Positions 57,084 through 64,000 of a stretch of DNA of 64,000 nt are shown piece after piece; positions within the stretch are counted from its first letter, which is position 1; each line of letters starts with the position of its first letter. The position numbers were made by a program, and so were the translations under genes. The stretch covers positions 1-64,000 of the IMG/VR virus record IMGVR_UViG_3300012202_000039; one strand, written 5' to 3'. The stretch comes from a virus. The notes beneath the pieces are model-generated. The model had not been told where the DNA came from. It made no database searches and worked only from the letters and a program-made list of their open reading frames with translations.

Positions 57084-58384
57084 TGACCATTCCCCCAATT
57101 ATAGATTATAGCAATTTTTTAACTGAACCTTTTGCTAAAAATCAATTATGGGTAGATTTAATTAATTCTGTGTCCAACGTCATGGAATATAATATTAATG
57201 CCCCACGACGTTTATTAGAAAATATTAGACATACGTCTTCAGAGAGATTATATCTTCAAAAAAATGTTAAGATGTTAGGTTTTGAAGATAAATCTTCTAT
57301 TTTACTAGATGATGATTATCGTCGTTTATTACAATTTATTTCTTTATATCATGAACAAAATGGTAACGTTAGTTTTACAAATTTCTATGGATATATTAAG
57401 GGTTCATTTTTTAATATATTTCAATTATGGACAAAAGATTACATAACGTTTGTCGAAGATTTTCAGATAAATATGGCTACTCAGCCAATAACTCGTGGCG
57501 GTAATTTTTATCCAACCTCTCATGTTAACTTATATTTTGATGCTGAAACTTTTCCTATTCAAGATCCTAAAGATTTAACTCCTTTCTTCTATAGAATTGC
57601 CCCTATTCACTTAGTACTCAAAGATATTATAGCTACTATATTTGGTAATACTAGCCTTACTTTAGATACTGGTAATGCAGGATTAGTTGAGATTCAGGAT
57701 GTAGGAGTATTCGTTGACTTATTCGTACAAAAATACTCTACTACGGCCATAGCCAATCAAATAGTATTTAATACTGGGGTGAATAATATATCACCTATGG
57801 TATTTTCTATTAATGGAATTAATTTCTTTAACGCTATTTCTATAAGCTCTCCAGGATCTAATACTTTAATATATAATTCAACATTAGGCAATTATAATAT
57901 TCAAGCTGGAGATGTTGTAAATGTTCTCTATAATATAAATGATAGTAGTTACATACAAAAATTAAATATAACAGCTACATTAAATCAAACAGTATTTAAT
58001 GTAGGTATTGTCGGATTAACTTTTATATCTATATTTATTAATGGAATTAATTTCCCTTTAGAATGTTTTATTTATCCTAATGGATCTACTTTAGTCACAT
58101 ATAATCCTATGTTAACTAGTTATACTATACAAGCTGGAGATATAGTTTTATTTTTATATTCTCCTGCTAATACTAATCCTTTAAGAGAATTATTATTTAC
58201 GGCAACAGCTAATCAAATAAATTTTGTTACTACTGTATCTAATGTTGTACCTTTAGCTTTTTATGTTAAAGGTACTGATAAAATCAATGCTTGTACTACT
58301 AGTGGTAATACTGTTATATATAATCCTAGTACCGGTATGTACACAATACAAGCTGGTGATATCATAGTTATACGAGTACAATAA
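57083..58384 (+). CDS. Baseplate wedge gp7/I-like protein with three C-terminal repeat domains
   Basis: FYRIAPIHLVL; 3x TAxxNQxxF...INGIN...YxIQAGD. Confidence 0.65.
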   Translation: MTIPPIIDYSNFLTEPFAKNQLWVDLINSVSNVMEYNINAPRRLLENIRHTSSERLYLQKNVKMLGFEDKSSILLDDDYRRLLQFISLYHEQNGNVSFTNFYGYIKGSFFNIFQLWTKDYITFVEDFQINMATQPITRGGNFYPTSHVNLYFDAETFPIQDPKDLTPFFYRIAPIHLVLKDIIATIFGNTSLTLDTGNAGLVEIQDVGVFVDLFVQKYSTTAIANQIVFNTGVNNISPMVFSINGINFFNAISISSPGSNTLIYNSTLGNYNIQAGDVVNVLYNINDSSYIQKLNITATLNQTVFNVGIVGLTFISIFINGINFPLECFIYPNGSTLVTYNPMLTSYTIQAGDIVLFLYSPANTNPLRELLFTATANQINFVTTVSNVVPLAFYVKGTDKINACTTSGNTVIYNPSTGMYTIQAGDIIVIRVQ

Positions 58385-58393
58385 GGTGTTATT

Positions 58394-59176
58394 ATGCAAG
58401 AACAACTATTAAATACTGGGCGTAATGCCTTAGTTAATGCCTTAATAACAAATACTCCGATTAATATTACTAAACTACATATCAGTGCTATACCTAATAT
58501 AACTTTAGATCCTGCTGCTACAGACGTAGTTGGCGGTATAGTTTATTCTAGTTCTTCCGGTAATATATTTGCTGATGTAATTAATAGTAATGAGTTACGT
58601 ATTCTAGTCAAGTTGGATCAGACAATAGGTAGTTTTTTAATAGGCAATGTTGTACTTTTCTTAGATGATGGTACACCATTTATGTCGGGATCGATAACAA
58701 CCGCGGTGCAAAAATTAGTACAAAATCTACCTAGTGAAGTCGGTAATATTGTAACGCTAAATATGACATTAACTTATACTAACGTAACTACCGCGGTTAA
58801 TGTTACTATTTTGAATCCTCTATATGCTACTCTGCCATTTATCACGGACACGAATGCTTTACCAATAGCTGGATTTGCAGCTTACGATGTATATAATGTA
58901 CAAAATGATGTACGTAGTGGTAGGCCAGTAATAGTATTTCGTCGCGCTAGTGATAATACTTGGTGGAGTTCACCTATAGTCGATCCTTATGATTCAGCTG
59001 ATTTTGGTTTAGTAGTATTAGATGGTGGTGTTTTACAAGATAATATGTTAACTGCGCCAACGCGTATAGTTGGGGGAGCTTTGTATAGTCCTCCTTTAAT
59101 AACAAGAAATATAGATTTTGGGCAATATACTGGGCCAGCGCCGACTACCAATCGTGATTTTGGTACTTACACATAG
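58394..59176 (+). CDS. Tail-fibre attachment / N-terminal fibre protein
   Basis: GRNAL...IGSF.IGNV.LFLDDGT pattern of P2 gpH-like N-termini. Confidence 0.6.
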   Translation: MQEQLLNTGRNALVNALITNTPINITKLHISAIPNITLDPAATDVVGGIVYSSSSGNIFADVINSNELRILVKLDQTIGSFLIGNVVLFLDDGTPFMSGSITTAVQKLVQNLPSEVGNIVTLNMTLTYTNVTTAVNVTILNPLYATLPFITDTNALPIAGFAAYDVYNVQNDVRSGRPVIVFRRASDNTWWSSPIVDPYDSADFGLVVLDGGVLQDNMLTAPTRIVGGALYSPPLITRNIDFGQYTGPAPTTNRDFGTYT

Positions 59177-59184
59177 GTAATTTT

Positions 59185-59586
59185 ATGAGGAATGAAATAC
59201 TTAAATTTGTTAGAAAAATAGGTAATTGGAATACTTCTATAGGAAGATATCCGGATGTAGCTGAACCCTTCTATGATGCGTCAAATAGTAGTGCTGGAGT
59301 CGGTGATGGAACATCTAATCCACCTATATTTTTAACTAACAAAAACCAAGCTATTGGCACATTGATAATAATGGCAACTCCGATAGCTCCAGATAATAAT
59401 TTCTTAATATGTAATGGACAAGCTATATCAAGAACTACTTATTCGGTACTATTTTCAATAATAAATGTAGCCTGGGGTGCTGGAAATGGTTCAACTACCT
59501 TTAATTTACCACCAGCTAATGCTATAGGTACTTTAATATCACCCGCTACATTATATATACGAGTTTTACAGACGGTATTAACTTAA
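59185..59586 (+). CDS. Tail collar domain protein
   Basis: FLICNGQAISRTTYSVLF..WGAGNGSTTFNLP. Confidence 0.85.
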   Translation: MRNEILKFVRKIGNWNTSIGRYPDVAEPFYDASNSSAGVGDGTSNPPIFLTNKNQAIGTLIIMATPIAPDNNFLICNGQAISRTTYSVLFSIINVAWGAGNGSTTFNLPPANAIGTLISPATLYIRVLQTVLT

Positions 59587-59599
59587 AGGAATAGTTTAT

Positions 59600-60439
59600 A
59601 TGACGGATAAATTGCAATTTAGACGAGGGGTAGCTTCTGCTAGACCAGCAATAGATATAGGTGAACCCGCGTGGGATACTGATACTAAAATTCTTAACGT
59701 AGGTGATGGTACGGGATCACCACCACAAGTACTGATGAATAATGCTAATCAAATATTAGCTAATAAAGTAATACAACATATACTACCTACAGCAGTTGGT
59801 GGACTAAATACCTTTGTTATAACTATAACTAATACTTTTTTGACTGCTTATAGTTTAGGTGATGAATTCCAATTTATAGCTAATAATCCTAATACCTCAA
59901 CAACTGTTACATTAAATGTAAATTCTATAGGTGCTTTACCTATTACGACAAATAATGGTGTTGGATTACTAATCGGAGAAATTCAGACAGGAATAATTGT
60001 TCGTGTTATATATGATGGGACGCTATTTCGTTTAATAGGTTCGGGGTCTACCGTACCTGGTAATGAAACTGGTACTAATCAGAATAGTTTTTCTATAGGT
60101 GACGGTTTAGCCTCAGATAAAAAGTTAATAGCAGGAAATGATGATACCAATAAACCTTATATAGTATTTTCTGAAAGTAATAATACATGGCAATGGTCCA
60201 ATGACGGCACTACGGTAACATCATTTGGTACCGCATCTACGTTAGGAAATACGACGAATTTAGGTGATGGTACTAACGGTAATAAGGTATTACAAGCTAA
60301 TACCGCAGCTTCACCCAAACCAGCAATTAGATGGAATCAAACTACTACTGTTTGGGAATTCTCTAACGATGGCACTAACTTTCTTGCTTTAGGTGCTGGT
60401 GGTAGTGATTTATTTAATTTTGCTAATAATATTACCTAA
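59600..60439 (+). CDS. Tail fibre protein with Mtd-N-like domain
   Basis: LQFRRG...GEPAWDTDTKILNVGDG; two W(Q/E)xSNDGT repeats. Confidence 0.65.
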   Translation: MTDKLQFRRGVASARPAIDIGEPAWDTDTKILNVGDGTGSPPQVLMNNANQILANKVIQHILPTAVGGLNTFVITITNTFLTAYSLGDEFQFIANNPNTSTTVTLNVNSIGALPITTNNGVGLLIGEIQTGIIVRVIYDGTLFRLIGSGSTVPGNETGTNQNSFSIGDGLASDKKLIAGNDDTNKPYIVFSESNNTWQWSNDGTTVTSFGTASTLGNTTNLGDGTNGNKVLQANTAASPKPAIRWNQTTTVWEFSNDGTNFLALGAGGSDLFNFANNIT

Positions 60440-60454
60440 AGGAATAATTATAAA

Positions 60455-60841
60455 ATGGCTAATCAATCTTTATATGTAGCTACACCTTTAACTTGGCTTG
60501 CTCAAATATCAGCAGCTAATGCAAACTTAGATGGTACTGGTACTTTAGTTACGGTTATGACTGCAACTACGGCATTAGGATCACGCATAGATCGTGGTTT
60601 CGTTCAATCTATAGTTACAACATCTGCCGGTATGGTTCGTTTATTTATGAATAATACCACTAATATGCGTTTATTTTATGAACTTCCTGTAGGTGCACAA
60701 ACACCAAGTTCAACTTTTCCAGCTTGGGCAGATAATTTTAGTTTTGATGGTGGTTTATTTGTGCCCAATGGTTGGTCAATTATGGCAGGCACACAAATAG
60801 CTAATACATTTAATGTGTTTTTAAGTGGAGGTAATTTCTAA
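60455..60841 (+). CDS. Hypothetical virion/fibre-associated protein
   Basis: ORF track; context. Confidence 0.55.
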   Translation: MANQSLYVATPLTWLAQISAANANLDGTGTLVTVMTATTALGSRIDRGFVQSIVTTSAGMVRLFMNNTTNMRLFYELPVGAQTPSSTFPAWADNFSFDGGLFVPNGWSIMAGTQIANTFNVFLSGGNF

Positions 60842-61959
60842 TGCCTGATACTGGCGCTTTTGTAGTACCTAAATCAACTAAGTTAGGTCCGCGTGGATCT
60901 AATTTTAATAACACATCTATATGGACTAATCTACGTATGTATTTTGTACCAGGTGTTTATACTTGGTATCCACCGGATGGTGTAAGTTATGCTCGTGGTG
61001 CTGTTTTAGGTGGCGGTGGCAGTCCAGCTGCTAGTTTTTCTTCTGCTGGCGGAGGAGGAGGTTATGCTCATGATATATTCAAAACTACAAAAGGAACTCC
61101 AATTACTGTTACAGTAGGTGCCTCAGGTTCTACTTCTTCAGTAGGTCCTTATGTTTCTGCTACTGGTGGAGCAACACCCACTACTTCTACAGGTGGTGTA
61201 GGAGGTACAGGATCATTTACTTCACCTTATGGATTTGCTGCTAGTGGCGGTACCGGTGGTAATGGCCAATCAGGAACTAAAGCTGGTGGTGGGGGTGGTG
61301 CTAGTGGATCACCTTATGGAATTGGTGGCGGCGGCGGTACTACTAATTCTAGTTCGGGTCCAGGTGGTGGTGGTGGTGGCTGGGGAGGTAGCGGTGGTAG
61401 TACTAATACGACTGTTGGTGGATCTGGTGGCGCTGGCGGTGGTGGGGGTGGTGGTTCTTTAGGAATACCAGGATTTCTTATTGTTGGCGGTGGTGGTAAT
61501 GCCGGATATGCAGGTGGACAAGGATTAGTTCCAGGAGGATTAGGAGGAGCATCTTTAGCGGCAGCAGCTACTTCTGGTACAGCTGGTAATGGTATATCTG
61601 GTGGTAGTTTAGCCTTACCTAATGCTCCAAATGCATCACCTTTTTATATTTTAGGTAGTGGTGGTGGTGGTGGTGGTAGTGCTGGTGCTTCTGGATCTAC
61701 AGCGGGCATAGGTGGTGCTGGTGGAAATGGTAGTGGTGGTGGGGGTGGTGGCGGCGGAGTTAACATTACTTCTTCTACAGATTTTACAGGTGGGCAAGCT
61801 GGCGGTCATGGTGGATTTGGTGGTGGTGGTGGTGGTGGCGGAGGTTCTTCTTCCGGCAGTGGATCTGTAAGCAATTATGGTGGTAATGGTGGACTTGGCG
61901 GTGGTGGTGGTGGTAATATTTCTGTAGGTGGCGGCGGCTATGCAGAAATTGCATTTTAA
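60841..61959 (+). CDS. Glycine-rich adhesin-like protein
   Basis: PGVYTW.PP.GV start followed by many poly-Gly tracts. Confidence 0.7.
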   Translation: MPDTGAFVVPKSTKLGPRGSNFNNTSIWTNLRMYFVPGVYTWYPPDGVSYARGAVLGGGGSPAASFSSAGGGGGYAHDIFKTTKGTPITVTVGASGSTSSVGPYVSATGGATPTTSTGGVGGTGSFTSPYGFAASGGTGGNGQSGTKAGGGGGASGSPYGIGGGGGTTNSSSGPGGGGGGWGGSGGSTNTTVGGSGGAGGGGGGGSLGIPGFLIVGGGGNAGYAGGQGLVPGGLGGASLAAAATSGTAGNGISGGSLALPNAPNASPFYILGSGGGGGGSAGASGSTAGIGGAGGNGSGGGGGGGGVNITSSTDFTGGQAGGHGGFGGGGGGGGGSSSGSGSVSNYGGNGGLGGGGGGNISVGGGGYAEIAF

Positions 61960-61974
61960 TATAGGAGTAATATA

Positions 61975-62445
61975 ATGACAACGTGGGCTAGAATTATAAA
62001 TAATGATTTGATTGCAGAAGTAACAGAAATAGATCCTAAAGATAGATTTCATTCGGATATAATATGGTCTATTGTACCAGAAGGAACTAAACAAAATGCT
62101 ACATTAATTAATGGTGTTTGGACTAACCCTGTTCCACCTCCTGTCGTGGTACCTTCGCCACCCCCACCACCAGGAATTGGTACTACGACGCCATCTCCAG
62201 CTATAGTTTTTACTTTATTGACTTTACAAGAAAATATAGATTTACGTGCTAGTACTGATCTAGGTGTACTAGCTTGGTTACGCATAGTAGATGATTTACG
62301 TCTAACTGAAGTTAATCTAACAACTCCACCTGTTATTCAAGCTGTCAACTATTTAACTACAATAGCAGTACCTAATACAGTTCCATCTAGGACTATATTA
62401 ACTGCTGATCGTCCAGCACATATATTAGCAGGATTTTATCCTTAA
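61975..62445 (+). CDS. Tail fibre assembly/chaperone-like protein
   Basis: WARI...AEV...DP..RFH N-terminus; Pro-rich linker. Confidence 0.55.
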   Translation: MTTWARIINNDLIAEVTEIDPKDRFHSDIIWSIVPEGTKQNATLINGVWTNPVPPPVVVPSPPPPPGIGTTTPSPAIVFTLLTLQENIDLRASTDLGVLAWLRIVDDLRLTEVNLTTPPVIQAVNYLTTIAVPNTVPSRTILTADRPAHILAGFYP

Positions 62446-62457
62446 TTAATGTAAAAT

Positions 62458-62491
62458 AAATAAGCGGGGAAATCGATTTCCCCGCTTATTT
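62458..62491 (+). terminator. Palindromic terminator-like hairpin
   Basis: AAATAAGCGGGGAAATC|GATTTCCCCGCTTATTT. Confidence 0.8.
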
Positions 62492-62529
62492 CCTGTAAAT
62501 TATATTTAGTTAGTATTCGGAGTAATATT

Positions 62530-62802
62530 ATGTCAGAAGATACTTTAGTTCATGCGTCTAATTTTTATTTTACTTATGATAAGTTTAATTTTCTTATACA
62601 ATTTACCCAGATATTAAATGAAGTTATTAACGACGAATCTGGTAGATCATTACAATTCACACAAAAAATTATCCCAGAGCAATATGTTATGTCACCACAA
62701 GCTTTCAAAGAAATGATGCATATGGGAGCTAAACTTATACGAGAATATGAAGAAAAAAATGGAAAAATGGAATTTATTAAAGGTCCTGATGATAAAGAAT
62801 AA
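62530..62802 (+). CDS. DUF3467-like protein
   Basis: ASNF...F.I.F.Q...MSPQAFK...YEEKNG. Confidence 0.6.
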   Translation: MSEDTLVHASNFYFTYDKFNFLIQFTQILNEVINDESGRSLQFTQKIIPEQYVMSPQAFKEMMHMGAKLIREYEEKNGKMEFIKGPDDKE

Positions 62803-62818
62803 TATAAGGAATTAAAGA

Positions 62819-63040
62819 ATGCCTTCGCCACCTACTCCACCTTCACCTCCACCGTCTATAACGGTCAGTGATCAGGTGATTCTTACTGAGGCCATGATTC
62901 AATATGCAATATATTACTATCTGGCATCAATAGGCATCACTATTAGTGCTTCAACCGCAGTTTATACAGTCACTGATCCAAACTGGAATGATCCTATTAA
63001 CGTAACTAAACCCGTAGTAACTATAGTTTGGACTCCATAA
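62819..63040 (+). CDS. Small hypothetical virion protein
   Basis: ORF track; AAGGA RBS. Confidence 0.55.
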   Translation: MPSPPTPPSPPPSITVSDQVILTEAMIQYAIYYYLASIGITISASTAVYTVTDPNWNDPINVTKPVVTIVWTP

Positions 63041-63052
63041 ATGAGGTAAATA

Positions 63053-63424
63053 ATGGCAAATCCAGGTACTTATGATATTATTGCTCGTCAATCAAGTGAT
63101 CTTAATATAATTTTCTTATGGAAAGATAATAATGGAAATCCTATTAATCTAACGGGTTATCTTGGGGCATTTATGCAAGTTAGACAATCTTTTGGTAGTC
63201 CTCAAGTATTTTTTGATTATAATACTAATAATAGTAAATTAACTCTAGGCGGTATGACTGGTACTATTACTTTATTTGATTCTGGCATTAACACTCTAGG
63301 GTATGCGGCTAATTTTAAAGGTGTATACGATTTAATTTTAGTTGGCCCAACAGACACGAGAATTACTATTCTTAGTGGTAATTTTACGGTGCAGCAGGGT
63401 GTAACTCTGGTGCCACTGCCATGA
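63053..63424 (+). CDS. Ig-like fibre-adaptor protein (LtfC/BppU-N-like)
   Basis: PINLTGY..MQVR...GVYDL...LSG.FTV..GVT. Confidence 0.65.
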   Translation: MANPGTYDIIARQSSDLNIIFLWKDNNGNPINLTGYLGAFMQVRQSFGSPQVFFDYNTNNSKLTLGGMTGTITLFDSGINTLGYAANFKGVYDLILVGPTDTRITILSGNFTVQQGVTLVPLP

Positions 63425-63921
63425 CCGTAGTAGTTAACAACGTTCCCTATAGTATAACAATAACACAAAATAATATTTCTCAGACAGTTAGCGTTAATCC
63501 CACAGTTACAACAGTTTCTATATTAGAGAATTTCTCTTTAGCTACTAACTTGTTATTAGCGGGTGATGTAACTGGTGGTGCCGGTACATTTATATTAAAC
63601 ACTACACTAGCAGCAGTTAATTCTGCACCAGGTAGTTATACCAATCCAAACATAACTGTTGATAGTAAAGGTCGTATTACTAATATTTCTGCCGGCAGAA
63701 ACATATTAATAAATACTCAATATTTTTCACCAACTAATAGTCAAATAACTTTCGTAACAACCGGATTCAATATAGTTTTATTAGCAGTATATATTAACGG
63801 AATTAATTATACAGGTGCTTGTACGGTATCACCCATAGGGTCGGGGACTATAGTATATAACCCTACCGTGGGAGTATATACTATACAATCTGGAGATACA
63901 GTTTTAATTCAATGGCAATAA
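63421..63921 (+). CDS. Fibre-like protein sharing the C-terminal repeat domain of 57083..58384
   Basis: LAGDVTG, GSYT..ITVDSKGRIT, YINGIN...YTIQSGD. Confidence 0.6.
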   Translation: MTVVVNNVPYSITITQNNISQTVSVNPTVTTVSILENFSLATNLLLAGDVTGGAGTFILNTTLAAVNSAPGSYTNPNITVDSKGRITNISAGRNILINTQYFSPTNSQITFVTTGFNIVLLAVYINGINYTGACTVSPIGSGTIVYNPTVGVYTIQSGDTVLIQWQ

Positions 63922-63934
63922 TTGGAGTATAGTT

Positions 63935-64000
63935 ATGGAATTTAATTTTTATGAAATAAAAAATATAATTAATTGTATTAATGAATTAAAAGATCAAGAT
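63935..64000 (+). CDS. Start of a truncated ORF
   Basis: GGAG RBS then MEFNFYEIKNII..., open to the window end. Confidence 0.4.
   Translation, partial: MEFNFYEIKNIINCINELKDQD

Noticed and set aside
59600-60439. Diversity-generating retroelement target (Mtd-like)
   Set aside because: Only the N-terminal Mtd-like domain is present; no reverse transcriptase or TR/VR pair is seen in the window
7023-63468. Minus-strand ORFs and same-strand alternate-frame ORFs in the track (e.g. 7023, 22510, 27700, 28011, 35359, 37622, 61229, 61651)
   Set aside because: They lie wholly or largely within well-supported plus-strand genes and reflect antisense or off-frame reading of repetitive codons (GAT, GGT runs)

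Overview
A 64-kb, AT-rich, almost entirely plus-strand segment of a large tailed (myovirus-type, probably jumbo) bacteriophage genome in the standard genetic code. 1-3.4 kb: a run of short accessory genes (three pentapeptide-repeat paralogues, antitoxin-like and RHH proteins), most preceded by a conserved GTYTGAACTAA motif. 3.4-13.5 kb: DnaB-like helicase, M15 peptidase (likely endolysin), Vsr-like nuclease, 2H phosphoesterase, holin-like protein, trypsin-like protease and an ADP-ribosyltransferase. 13.5-41 kb: head module with large terminase, an intein-containing portal, prohead protease, a block of candidate head-packaged membrane proteins and proteases, scaffold-like protein, major capsid protein and a free-standing endonuclease. 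41-64 kb: contractile tail (sheath, three tube paralogues, chaperone with a likely +1 frameshift, tape measure with GH73 muramidase, T4-like baseplate, fibre/adhesin genes). The strongest candidate for an undescribed system is a three-gene unit inside the head module (24997-27320), with a candidate promoter motif and a terminator. It encodes a degenerate Hfq-like Sm protein with a long acidic tail, a tubulin/FtsZ-family GTPase, and a 70-aa stand-alone copy of the portal segment that spans the intein insertion site. All family calls are by motif recognition from the sequence; no database searches were run.
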